Shown one piece after another: positions 1 through 12,080 of a DNA stretch of 64,000 nucleotides. The first letter of the stretch is position 1, and every line of letters starts with the position of its first letter. Source of the stretch: Octopus vulgaris (Eukaryota); NCBI GenBank assembly GCA_951406725.2, contig OX597824.1:97650001-97714000 (forward strand), read 5' to 3'. Position numbers and translations under genes: made by a program. The notes below the pieces were generated by a model. That model searched no databases, was not told where the DNA came from, and saw nothing but the letters and a program-made list of their open reading frames with translations.

Positions 1-2
1 CC

Positions 3-734
3 TTGAGAGTCATAAGAGATGCGCAAGGAGAAAGATTCCTTCAAGACATCGAGACTATGGAGACTAGGTATCAAGGCAGGTGGAATACAAACCTGACTAC
101 GACTGGTTTCTGCAAAGTGACTGTTGTGATGCAGGTTATTCACGAAAATAATAAAGAGAACCATTACTCCTTGAATAGGTGAAACTCCAGTTTGACAGAA
201 ATATCTATCCTTAAGATGTGTAACTAAACGGTTTGTGCAATATATTTGATAAACAATGAAAAGTGTTATTTGGTTTGTGTTAGTCTCTTATTTCAGTATT
301 GTATTTAATGACAAAATTGACAATTTTGGTAAAAAAAAAAAATGAATTTCTGATTAACAAAACACGGGATAGAAAATTCCTTATGGCATTTCTGAAGCCA
401 GCACCATCAAATTAGATAAAATGCAAGATGAGTAAAACACCTTTGAAAATGCTATTTATTCTAATACCTGAAAAAATTACTTAAAAGATCAGAGATATTG
501 GTGAAATGCTGGAATAAGAAATTCTTCCAAGCTAACATTTATCTAAAGATGGAACCAAATCAAATTATAAAACGCTAATAATGATCTATCAAAACCTTAC
601 AATTGAACTAATGTTTACATTCAAAATTTTCAAAACCACGCTGATTCCATCTCGCTGAGTTTTATGCATCACCTAGTATTAAAATTACCACATTCGATCT
701 GAAAAAAGTTATGATTTCTTTTCACACTTCAGTG
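3..734 (+). mobile_element. 3' end of a Chapaev3-like (CMC) DNA transposon, degenerate transposase C-terminus
   Basis: Frame from nt 3 reads LRVIRDAQGERFLQDIETMETRYQGRWNTN, then a shifted DYDW. This matches the recalled motif SDEQGERFHQDI..ME.RYQGRW...DYCW. Possible terminal CAGTG at 730-734; family and right end are tentative. Confidence 0.55.
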
Positions 735-1259
735 ACAAGTAAATATGTATATTATGAATTGATACACTATATATTTGCTTGCGTGCATAGTTGTGTACAG
801 AGAGAGAGAAAGGGAGAGAGAGAGAGAGAGAAAACAAATATAAGTTTTAACCAAATCAAGAGAAACAAATTCTAAACGCGAGTCTACTGGTGTTTGATCT
901 GCTAAAAGTAGCAATCAAATACCATAGTATATTATATCGTCTTAAAACAAAGAAGGATATTAGATAACGCAGACCTAGATACAATATGCATAGAAATAAG
1001 CTGGAATGGTCACGGCTGGAGTGCATTAGAAGATAGGCTAACTCTTTCATGAGTGTCTTGAAGTCAAACAAAGATAGCAACAATATCGGAAAGCAACACC
1101 GGATAACTTCTCTTCGAATAGTTGCACCGACATCTTAATCCTAATAAACTAATGCTCTTTCTCAGTTTTATCCACCTCTAATCCAGCAGCTGCGAAGGTT
1201 ACACGGTCAATTAGGGAAATTCACACTTAACTCTTTACATTCTAGATCCAGTCAAAGCT

Positions 1260-1456
1260 CTTCACACGTTCTCTTTCTTTCTCTCTATCTCTTTCACACA
1301 CACACAAACGCTGCCTCTCTCTCTCTCTCACACACACACACACATACACATACAGATTCACAACGCAACCACACACACTATTTCTCTCTCCGTCTTTCTT
1401 TTCTTTCTCTGTCACACACTCACAAACGCAGAGCCCCACAGATTCACACACACATA

Positions 1457-1499
<43 letters not shown>

Positions 1500-1540
1500 A
1501 TTCACCCACGCCGACGCCCTCCATCTCTCTCTCTCTCTTG
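1260..1540. repeat. (CT)n/(CA)n compound microsatellite
   Basis: Direct reading. Confidence 0.9.
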
Positions 1541-1656
1541 CTCCATCCTTTTAAATTAAATTTAAGCAACTCTCAAGGTCCCAAGATTTTTGGATGTTAG
1601 AGTTCTTACTGTAGCAGCAGCAGCAGCAGTAGTAGTAGTAGCAGTAGTAGCAGTAA

Positions 1657-1700
<44 letters not shown>

Positions 1701-1789
1701 ATTTTCTGAATGGTTGTAATTTTGACTTTGGTTGATTTTCTTGACGTTCTTTCTTTTTGTTAGTTGTTATTGTTGTTGCTATCTCAGCT

Positions 1790-2325
1790 GTTTAGCCCCA
1801 GGTCAGCCCTCATCGAGCTGAATTGGGATCAAAAGGATCCAGCCTTTAACTCTGCGTCTTTTACCCTGACACAAAGTATCTTGGACTATGTTTATCAGTG
1901 AGTCTCTTTCTAAATGATTGCAGAACTCAATTTCAGAAAGATCTGGCTGTTAGTTCTAGCATGTCAAGAGATGTTTAAAAGGCTTCCTCGTTGAAACATT
2001 GTTGTTGTTCTTGTTGTTGTTGTAGCTGCTGATCGATGAACGAGGTGATGGTCGTGGGTGGCAATGGGATGGATGGCAATGATGATGATGATGAAGAAGA
2101 AAAAGGTAATGGTGATAGCATCGTTTAGTCCCAGTTCAACTCTGATCGAGCAGATGTTCCAGCCGTGACCTTTCCGTTTTATTTCCACAAACAATCTATG
2201 TCTCACACCATTGTCTAATATGTCGTTCCATTTATCTAAACCGTTTCGGTGCAATCCAAGAAATTACTCGGTTGTTATTTCTAGCAGATTGAGCGACCAC
2301 AAAGAGCTCTTTCAACGGGTCATTC
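1790..2325 (+). mobile_element. Two adjacent copies of an abundant unclassified ~200-bp interspersed repeat (TTTAGCCCCAGGTCAGCCCTGATCGAGCAG... family)
   Basis: Copies at ~1790-1995 and ~2122-2325. Related copies at ~24605-25140, ~36930-37140 (-), ~55010-55190 (-) and ~60650-60810 (-). Confidence 0.65.
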
Positions 2326-2751
2326 TTGCTGTTGTTGTAGTTGTTGCAGCTTGTTTGTTTGTTTGTTTGTTGAGCGAAGCGGTCTTCGTCCCAGAGCTCG
2401 CAAGATGGCGCCTCAGGATTGTCTATCGTGGGAGAAATTCGAAACGTGGTCCTTTGCTATTCGTAAGACCCGCAGAAGAGAGAGCAGGTCAACCCCCGAC
2501 ACCGAGAGCATCGACGGATGGATGAATACGCATCCTGGCTCAGCGGTTGCGTAGGAAGTCGGGTGTTGTTGCTGCCTCTGTTATTGTTGTTTTTATCGTT
2601 GAAGTCTGTCATCCTAAACAGAAGGGAACTATGCTAGAAAAGAATTCCGACCGAGACCATCCAGTCTGTTTTAGAAGTTGAGAGAGAATTGGCTGCCATT
2701 ACAAAAAGATAATTTAATCGCATACAAGTTTCATCATTAATTCATTACGGC

Positions 2752-2785
<34 letters not shown>

Positions 2786-3479
2786 GCTGTTGTTGTTGTT
2801 GTTGTCTTTGTTTACCCCATCAATCAAAAACGGAATAAACAATTCTATCAGATATACCGAGATAGACTCACGAAATTCCGATATTTTGGCGATGTTTGTC
2901 TTGGAGTCGGTTATTGGCAGAGTTCTATCATAAAGAAATCGGTGATAACTACGGTTACGCAAGTTGTCAATGCCAACCAATTCTCAAACATACGCACGCG
3001 CACACGCGTACGCACACACACACATACACACATATGCACACACTAATGTAAGTTTAATGTGTTTGTCGGAAGAACTAGTATCGGTACACCAATAGGTGGG
3101 GACGTGTGCATAAATGTATGAGTGAATGTATATGGATTATGTAGATCTATCTATATCTATCCATATGTGTGTATATCAGAAGTAACTGAGTTTCGTGCGT
3201 TGGCACTTATCAAATATATGCTAATTGCTGGTAGGAACTTCGTAGTTTGCTATGCAACTATAATATACTCCCAAATATATAAAGTCAATACTGTGTCCTA
3301 CCTGTGTTGGCAGTGCAATTTAATAACTTTTTAAAGTTATCTCTATAGATATTCTATAGAAATTAGAAGCAACACTGAGAGTTACGACGTTCCGTTTTAG
3401 AATGCGTCTATGGTCTATGAAAACAACGCGATCGAAGATAGAAAAATACATAGCGGGTGTATCTACACATTTCAGGAAG

Positions 3480-3515
<36 letters not shown>

Positions 3516-3895
3516 CATGAAAGAAAAACGCAACAGAGGACAATAAAACATCCAGACAGAGAAACGATAGAAAGACGAACAGGAAAAACAAAAATTAGAG
3601 GGGCAGGAAAAATAGCGGGTCATTCGTGGCCTTCTTTCGTCAGTCAAGTTTCCAGATTGTCCTTACAGTTTCGGGAAGTTACACTTGAGACTGTGTTCGA
3701 TCTGGTTGCCCACAAAAGAGGTCTAAGCTAAGACCATTAGATCTTTTGTAAGAAAGCAAGCGAATGTGTACGACAGGAAACAAAAAAAAACGGAGAACGT
3801 TACACAGTTACATATACAAGCAAGAATATAACAACTGGTGTCTTTCGATTGAGGACGAATCAATTGAGATAAGCAGATAAGACACATCAAATATG

Positions 3896-3939
<44 letters not shown>

Positions 3940-3952
<13 letters not shown>

Positions 3953-4140
3953 ACGGATGTCTGTATGTGTGTCTGCAATACGTATGCATTTCTACAGTTT
4001 TGAACCGATTTTCACCAAACTTTACACACATATTACTTATGTGCCAAGGATGGTTATGCATCATAATTTTTTGCCCAGATCTCCCACGTAAAGCGAGAAA
4101 TCGGGAGTAAAGGGTTTCTCTCTAACTGCAGTTTTCAACC
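3940..4140 (+). mobile_element. Non-autonomous Helitron-like 5' fragment
   Basis: TATATAAAA...TGTCTGT start and GAACCGATTTTCACCAAACTT motif typical of DINE/HINE-like elements. Confidence 0.45.
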
Positions 4141-4540
4141 GATTCTCTCGCTTTTCTCATTCTGTTTCTCTTCCTTACATATATTTTCTCTCTGTAATAG
4201 TTTCTTTTAGTCTATGTCTTCTTTCCTTCTTTCTTCCTCTTTTTCTTCCTTTTGTTCTTTTTATCCTCTTTCTTCCTTTTCTTCTTTCCTTCCTACTTTA
4301 CTTCCTTCTTGCCTTCTTTCTCTCCTTTCTTTCCATCCTTTCTTTCTTTCTTCCTCTCTCCCCTCTTTCTCGCTTTATTTCTCCCTCCCTCTTCCCTTTT
4401 TCTTTCCTTCTTTCTTTCTCCCTTTCTTTTCTTCTCCCTCCCTCCCTTCTTCGTCCTTCTTTCTTTCTGTTCGACAAAAGGCGGTACTCCAGCATGGCCA
4501 CAGTCACATGACTGAAACAAGTGAAAGAATAAAAAACTAC

Positions 4541-5490
4541 AGTCTGCACTCTCACCAGCTATGTTGATGATGCAAAAGCATCACAGGTGCTCAAGGACCC
4601 TATTGACATTACTAAAACTGCAAAAAGACTTAATTGCAATATGCAATTGGGCTGAAAGGAATAACATGTTTGTTCAATGCTGAGAAGTTTCGAGCACTCC
4701 ACTATCTACCCACAAACGAACTACAGTTGGAATACACAGAACAAAGGCGTTGTGCAATCCCGGAGTTAGAGTCGGCGCGTGACCTGGGAACTCACAGGAG
4801 AAGTGGTGCAACATTTCATTTGCACATTATCAGGATGGCAACATTGTGCAAGCGAGTCGCTGGATGGATTCTGGGATCATTCAGAACCAGAAAAAAGAAT
4901 ACCATAACTACTCATTTGGAGAACTTTCCTTCTCATTCGTCTGGATTACAGCTACAAACTGTGGTCGCCAAATTGATGGCGGAACTTGAGGCAGTCCAGT
5001 GCCAATACATAAAGACTGGTGAAACAGAGGAGCTACTGGGAAACGCTAAAGGAACAGAAGTTCTATTGCCTTGTAAGAAGGAGTGAAAGATATGCAGAGA
5101 TAGACATAGAGAAGATCTTCGATGGTCTAACTCCAAACATTGGAACTGAAAGCTATACCAGCCACCGAAATGGACGGCACTGCCTTGTATTAAGGGTCCC
5201 CCCTCAAGGAAAAAGACCCAGTATTTGTGTTTCAAGTGGCCACAACAACTATTCAACATTCTGCCAAGCAACCCCAAAGATTTGAAAGGTGTAGACGGGG
5301 AGATCTTCAAAACGTGTTGGGGCAAACTTTTTTTTTTTTTTTTTTTTGAGACACTAGATGAACCCACATCGCGGCAGGAAGAGCAAACTCGCCACTCCAC
5401 CAAAAACAGCAAAGTAAAGAAACCTAATCACACTGTAAAGCGATGCTCTCGCATGGCCCCAGCCTCTGACTGAAACCAGTGAAGGAAGAA
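4541..5490 (+). mobile_element. CR1/L2-group LINE, 3' RT fragment (frameshifted) with 3' tail
   Basis: TLTSYVDDAKA (YADD-like, ~4560), KLQKDL..ICNWAERNNM, ESARDLG, LEAVQ, YWETLK..RRSERY, FNILP..LK, LDEP. Ends GCATGGCCCCAGCCTCTGACTGAAACCAGTGAAGG. Confidence 0.85.
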
Positions 5491-5632
5491 AAAAAGAGAA
5501 AAGATGCACACACATGTATATACCTACATACAGATTATATATATATATATATATTAATAATAGTATGACAACAAAAGAATGAATGAGACCTCGATATTAT
5601 GTAAATAGAGGAATTTATACATATATATAAAA

Positions 5633-5678
<46 letters not shown>

Positions 5679-6409
5679 CTGTTTATAAATTTACTGATAA
5701 GAACAGATGTTACACCTGTCAATAAAAAATGTCCAATATAGAATAACGATTGTAGACTGTCTGCGGGTGTGTGTGTTGGTGTGTGTGCATATGTGACTAT
5801 GTATGTATGCATACACACACATATATATATATTATTGTTGTTATTGTTGCTGTTGATATTATTTTCATCACCATCATCATTACTGTCATGTTGATAAAAT
5901 CGACTTACAAGATAACCATCTCGTTTAAGTCAAAATTTACACACACATACATACATACATACATACATACATACATACATACACACATATGTATACATAT
6001 AAAGTTTACGTGTAAAGTCTCTTATTACCTCGCTACACCGTTCTTCAAACAACTTTGTTGCCCAGGGCTGAGCTGTATCTTTATGAGGTCAGTTCTATGG
6101 CAGAAACAGTACAACGTGTAACTAAATACTTTACACCGTTGGCTTATACTTCTTTTAGCTATGAGTTCGAACCTGAACAGGATCGGCTTTATGCTTCATC
6201 CACTTCGTTTCGGTAAGTTTTGAAGCAAGAACTCGCTTTCATTTATTAACTTGGATCCTGTCACTAAGATTATGTAAAACCGAACTTTGGCAATGATCAA
6301 AACCTGACAGACAAAAGAGACGGACGAAAGCTATGTAAATGTATGAGGTAATATATATATAGACATCATATAAGACCACAGGCATTTCGTTCACAACGTA
6401 TACTAGAGC

Positions 6410-6980
6410 CAGTTCAAAGAAAACCAGTCCCAGACAGTGGCTCTCTTGGCTTCTGATCTTAACTGACTGGAAGTGTTATCATGTACATTGTTTTATCTTC
6501 GTATAAAAGATGGGCTGCAGCAAATATTCTGCTCAATACCACAGATTTGTTTGTCAGTTTTTTTACCTCAACCAGTTGAGCATGTCCCTTAGTAGCTGAC
6601 GATATGTGCATCTCTGATCATGAGCAGAAGTAGTGGGGAGCATCATAGCCATGTGTTGAGAAGGATTATTTGGGGTTTGAATAATTCACCTCTGGAAACA
6701 ATGGTGGTTCGTTCAACATCCTTAAACAACTCTTATTCAGAGACCTTTTGAGCGGGATGGGTTACTCGACCTGAAGAAAATTTTAACTGGGCCCCACCTG
6801 CAAGGTCATGCGCTGTTTATCTTGATATGAGATCACCATGTCGTGCACATATGGTTGTGATGCATGTACTTAGTGTACCCTTATCAGACGGGCAGTCTGT
6901 ACCCTTATCAGACGGGTATATAGCGCTTCGTATATTTTATCCCCAGCGTTACTTTGATGGCATGCACGGCTCTTTCACTT
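6410..6980 (-). mobile_element. Putative 5' region of an R4/Dong-like non-LTR element
   Basis: Its first ~45 nt on the minus strand (AGTGAAAGAGCCGTGCATGCCATCAAAGTAAC..GGGG) match 7247-7292, which is fused to an R4/Dong ORF end. The assignment is inferred from that fusion. Confidence 0.5.
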
Positions 6981-6989
6981 AAGAAGAAG

Positions 6990-7185
6990 AATCCTTTCTA
7001 CTATAGGGGCGGATTAACTCGATTACATCGACCCCAGTCGTCAACTGGTACTTATTTTATCAACACCGAAAGGATAACCGGCAAAGTCGACCTCGGCGGG
7101 ATTTGAACTAGGAACGTAAAGACAGTCAAAATACCGCTAAACATTTCGCCCGGAATGCTAACGATTCTGCTAGCTTAGCCACCTA
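6990..7185 (-). mobile_element. tRNA-derived SINE family B (Meta-like central domain)
   Basis: Reverse complement of GGCGAGCTGGCAGAATCGTTAGCA...GTTCAAAT.CCGCCGAGGTCGACTTTGCC...AAGTACCAG, as in 26980-27210. Confidence 0.85.
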
Positions 7186-7246
7186 AATAATAACAACAAT
7201 CATTATTATTATTATTATTACTATTATTATTATTATTATTATTATC

Positions 7247-7470
7247 GAGTGAGAGAGCAGTGCATGCTATCAAAGTAACATTGGGGTACAAATAGGGGCT
7301 GCAATAAGGATCGAGCACTTGCAAAAAACAGCACTGCTTGGAACCACTCGAATACTCCGGATGGTGCTCGAAAAATAAGAGGTGGTACTTTAGTTCACTG
7401 GAAGTGAACAGCTGACACCGTAGTATATCTCCAGGGTCAGAAACTGTGCAACAACAATAATAATAATAAC
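7247..7470 (+). mobile_element. Internally deleted R4/Dong derivative (5' tip fused to ORF end and 3'UTR) between TAA-type tracts
   Basis: QIGAAIRIEHLQKTALLGTTRILRMVLEK* (stop 7376-7378), then a short UTR and (CAA)(TAA)n tail; (TTA)n tract upstream. Confidence 0.75.
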
Positions 7471-8495
7471 GGCAACAATGGCCAAAGACACCCAGATACT
7501 GACAGACCTACCATTGCCTCTCCTGATTTAGAAATTAACAATCAGAAAGATCAAAGAGATCCAAATAGTGACAAAAATATCAGTGATGCAAAAAACATCA
7601 AATAAAGAAGGGTCGCATGAATAATATCAAAGACAACTGGAAAGGTAAACTCCTGCATGAAAAATACCCTAACCATCTATCCAAGCCAGATATTGATCAA
7701 ACTCTAAAACACCAATGGCTACAAGGGACGGGTCTGAAAGGGGAAGCAGAAGGTTTTGCTATTGCAGGGCAAAATTAGAGCTTACCTACCAGAAACTACC
7801 ATGCAAACGTCCTTAAAGGTGGATCCGACCCCTCGTACGGAAAATGCACAGAGACAATTGATCCTGTTTTTTCTGGCTGCCCAGTCCTCGCTGAAAAGGA
7901 GTACCTCATAAGACATGACAGACTAGGGCAGTACATCCACTGGAATGCTTGTAAATACTACAAAATTAAATCCCATGATAAGTGGTACAGGCACCATCCA
8001 GAAGATGGAGTAAATGGCGAGGGTTCACCATTCTTTGGAACTTCCAAATGCAAACAGACAGAAAAATTGATTCCAATCGATCAGACATTGTGATTAAGGA
8101 CCACAACAGAGGAACTTGTCTGTTAATAGATATGTCTGTCCCACAAGATCAAAAATTCTCGAGAAAGGAATATGAAAAGTTTCCTCACTATAAAATCTGC
8201 AAATAGAAATTACAAAAATGTGGAAGCTTAATGCTACGATAATACCAGTAGTAATTGGTTCGTTGGAAATGATAAAGAAGGGAGCTGAGAAGTATATTAA
8301 GCAACTCCCTGGTAACTCCGACCTCCGTCAACTACAAAAGATAACCTTGATGGGTCCAGCCCATAATACTACGGAAAGCACTCACCATCTAAAATGGAAT
8401 AAATGTGGTGATATCTTTAGCATGCATAGCAAAACGAAAGTACCCTTGCTACTCTTGGCCTCCGGAGGATGCCCGGTACTAAGGCAGCTGAAATA
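7471..8495 (+). mobile_element. R4/Dong-clade non-LTR retrotransposon, C-terminal zinc-knuckle/RLE endonuclease region (pseudogenised)
   Basis: WLQGTGLKGEAEGF, ETID...SGCPVLAEKEYLIRHD, ILWNFQMQTDRKIDSNRSDIVIKD..CLLIDMSVP, MWKL..IIPVVIGSL, LQKITLMG. Confidence 0.9.
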
Positions 8496-9582
8496 ATGTT
8501 GTAATGAAAGGAAACCATTAAGAATTTTTTTCTTATTTGGCACAAAGTCATCGATTTTGAAGAGAAGAATAAATTGATCACATTGACCCCAGGAACTGAC
8601 TGAACTGGTGCTTCTTTTATATCGAACAGAGGTTTCAAATCAGAAAGTCAAGAGTCGGAACAAATCGTGTTAATCGTTTCGTTCGATTCTGTCAATAACG
8701 ATGACGGTTTCTAAACATTTCCAGACGAGGGATTTGTCAATTCCATCGATGCCAGTACTTGACTGGTTCTTCATTTTATCGGACACGAAAGGGTGAAAGA
8801 CAAAGCTTGTTTCCAAGCGAAGAACTGAACTCAAATCGCGAAGAATTGAGTTGATCGACACTAAGGATTCCGCCAGTGAGAACATAACCATCACCGTCAC
8901 CATCATCGTCGTCGTCGTCTTGATTTATCTGAACACCATTGCCATTCTAACTGGCAGCGAATCTTATGGCAAAGGAAACCTACGGACATGTCACTTTGAA
9001 TCGAGCGGATTCATTAGTCATACAGTATATATTTTCCTGATGGTTGACGGTAATGTTACTTTACGGATGTATATGGTCCTTCTTTCTATACATTATCGAT
9101 TCGGAGATACCGTATCGTACACCCACAGAGCTCATGATAAAAATAAAGAAGCTGGTAAATGCAGTGAGATCAATCAATCAATACGGCCAAGCTATTTGAT
9201 CGATATAGCTTGACTGAATCCCGTTATCAATCACTTTCCCACCTTTCCCACCTGGCTCTGGCCATCGCTCACAAAAGACACACGTGACAGCATCGGTTCG
9301 ACGCCATTCTCCCTTTTTTTTACTTTACTTAACTAACAACAGCCAGATCTGTTGTCAGGCGTCATGCATACATACATACATACATACATACATGTATACA
9401 CACACATACACCTACCTATCTATCTATCTATCTATCTCTATATATACATACATATGTACATATGTAAATATGTGTGTATGTATACCTATCTATATATAAT
9501 TGTGCGAATGTGTGTATGTGCGCGCGCATGTGCATATATGTATATATATGCACATGTATGTACGAAACGTATGTATGCATAC

Positions 9583-9730
<148 letters not shown>

Positions 9731-10479
9731 CTATATATATATAATTATTATTTGAGGGAATATATATATATATATACCTATATATATATATATAGATAGA
9801 TAGATATATACACATATATATATAGATAGATAGATTTATATATAAAGAGAGACAGACAGATAGATACACATTTCTATATTCACCATACATTTACATAGAT
9901 AGTTGTGTGTGTGTGTGTACATATATAAAGTGTATGTAAATTAGAACTGCGAAAAGCCAACGCATGTTTACAAGAAGAGCGAGATGTGCAACTCAATATA
10001 TTGTGTACATTTGATGCGAACTAACAAAAAAGAAAAACGTGATGGTTCCGCTTGTTACATTTTTTACCCTTTCATGTTCTCCCTCCATCTCTCCTTTATC
10101 TCCACTCTCACCTACTGCTCCCTCTTGCTGTCATTACTAATGTACATACATCTTTACATTCAAACATAGATGTGAATAAGAAGGCGCATGTGTAGAGTAC
10201 AGATTTTCTTTCAAATATGTTATATTGAAGACCTGACTATTTCGCCACTTTCATATTTCTTATTAAAAATATTTGACGGGTCATTATTTATCCTTAGAAT
10301 TTTGTTTGGAACAATAATTTTCTTATATCCATCTCATCTTCAGAATGAAAGCATGATTTATCGCGCTGTAGCGGCGCTTTGTCATCGTCAGAAACGGACC
10401 AAGTGAACAATCTTACAAATACCAAAATAAAAATTGCCCACATAAGTTGACTTTTAGCTTGTATTTTGCTATTTTATAA

Positions 10480-10511
<32 letters not shown>

Positions 10512-10556
10512 CAGGAGGTGTCATAGGTGAATATATTTAACAACTTGTCATCCTTA

Positions 10557-10710
10557 CGATTACAGCTGTTTCGCAGCCTTCTCGTAAAACTAATTTCAGT
10601 GTATAATAAATCATTTTACATGCCTGCTCTAATATGCACACTACGCATTATACAGTACAATTGTATATTCACAATTCAATGCAGACACAGAAAGCCAGTC
10701 ATCAGACAAC
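10557..10710 (-). ncRNA. PLE-type hammerhead ribozyme motif with long stem II insert
   Basis: Minus strand: CTGATGA-CTGGCTTTCT...AGAAGGCTGC-GAAAC-AGCT-GTA. Palindromic ACAGCTGT stem III; stem I weak. Confidence 0.6.
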
Positions 10711-11162
10711 TAGAACATCATGGTTACATCAATTATTCAAGAGTTTTATATATATGTATATACACACACACATACATACATATATCATATTATATATATA
10801 TACATACATACATGCATATATATACACATATATAAACACACGCGCGCATATAAATATATGTACATACATATATAAATAAACGCATGCATACATACTCACA
10901 CACATATGAACTGTGTACACAATTGAATTAGGAATGAATAAAAATCACTATATGTGTATCATATAAAATGTATATACACCATCAGAAGACATGATTTTGT
11001 GGAATTGTCTCAGATAAAATCTCTGCTGTGTTGTGTTAAAAACATAATTTAAATTGGAGTAAGACTAACATCATCGATAATACAGTTCTATATTTAAGAG
11101 ATGAGAAATTATTTACATTATTTACATTTGACGGATGTCTGTCCTCATCTTGTTTGTTTTTA

Positions 11163-11206
11163 ACACAACGTTTTGGCTGATACCCTCTCCAGCCTTCATC
11201 AGGTGT
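11163..11206 (-). ncRNA. Type I minimal hammerhead ribozyme (left arm, G12 mutated)
   Basis: ACAC-CTGATGA-AGGCTGG...TCAGCC-AAAA-CG-TT-GTGT; GAAA to AAAA fits CpG decay. Confidence 0.7.
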
Positions 11207-11497
11207 CGTGAGGAAATTTCGAACCTGGGTTCTCATCTCTAAGGTGTTTTTCGATGTTACTATTTTTATTCAGGTCACTGCCAGGAATCGAACTCGGAAT
11301 CTTGGGGTTAGTAGCCCGCGCTCTTAACCACTACGCCATATATGCCCACGAGCATATGGCGTAGTGGTTAAGAGCGCGGGCTACTAACCCCAAGATTCCG
11401 AGTTTGATTCCAAGTAGTGACCTGAATAATAATAATGGTAATAATAACATCGAAAAACACCTTAGGAATGAGAACCCAGGTTTGAAATTTCCCCAAG

Positions 11498-11541
11498 ACA
11501 CCTGATGAAGGCTGGAGGGTATATCAGCCGAAATGTTGTGT
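11498..11541 (+). ncRNA. Type I minimal hammerhead ribozyme (right arm)
   Basis: ACAC (11498) CTGATGA (11502-08) A GGCTGG..TCAGCC GAAA (11530-33) TG TT GTGT. Stem I ACAC/GTGT, stem II GGCTG/CAGCC. Confidence 0.75.
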
Positions 11542-11597
11542 TAACAAACAAGATGAGGACAAATATCTGTCAAATGTAAATAATGAACATCATCGAT

Positions 11598-12080
11598 GCT
11601 GTGATTGGCAAGAATCGAGTCCACGTCATTGAGAAACCTCAACGGGTAGAATTCTTCGATGTCAAACTGAATTTGTACAACTATTTGTTCTTCGTATTGT
11701 TAAAACTAAGTTGGATGTACAGCTGTTTCATTGCGTAAGGTTTATCGTTTGTCTACTTTTGGATTTCATGTCTTCCAGGCTAAGTTTCCTAATCGGTCTG
11801 CTATAGAAGTTATCTTTATGATCTTCCGGTGTGATGTATGGTTATCATATTCCGTTCTGGCGTCTGCTTGCATTCCAATATTTTTACGTTGATTTCTTCG
11901 TATTCATTATGATTTTTATATGATTGGGTGACGCTGATGCTGTCTTCGTTACCCATTTTTTCTTTTGGTTTTATCAGCGAAAATTAAGTTTGTTCTGGCA
12001 TTAACAATATTTTGACGTCTGACATTATTTCTAATGATGTTTGGAAGCTGTTTCTATGATTTTTAAATCTTTCTTTATAA
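11598..12080 (-). mobile_element. Degenerate Penelope-like RT remnant (host of the fold-back insertion; probably continues to ~10985)
   Basis: Minus-strand peptides EDHKDNFYSRP, VTQSYKKS and IQFDIEEFYP, typical of PLE RT. Confidence 0.65.

Larger units (their letters stand above)
11079..11585. mobile_element. Fold-back element: two head-to-head tRNA-derived heads, each followed by a hammerhead ribozyme; 12-bp TSD
   Basis: Arms ~11083-11345 (-) and ~11352-11585 (+) are reverse complements. A box TGGCGTAGTGG 11357-11367, B box GAGTTYGATTCC 11400-11411. AACATCATCGAT at 11067-11078 and 11586-11597. Confidence 0.85.

Noticed and set aside
2865-2990. Minus-strand donor TTC|GTGAGT, possible non-coding first exon
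   Set aside because: A single splice motif without supporting coding or promoter evidence.
3620-3680. Minus-strand GAAACTGTA...CTGACGA hammerhead-like boxes
   Set aside because: I could not form stems I and II convincingly.
11352-11425. Functional tRNA gene (ACT anticodon-like loop)
   Set aside because: No proper acceptor stem, and it is part of a duplicated mobile unit; treated as a tRNA-derived head.
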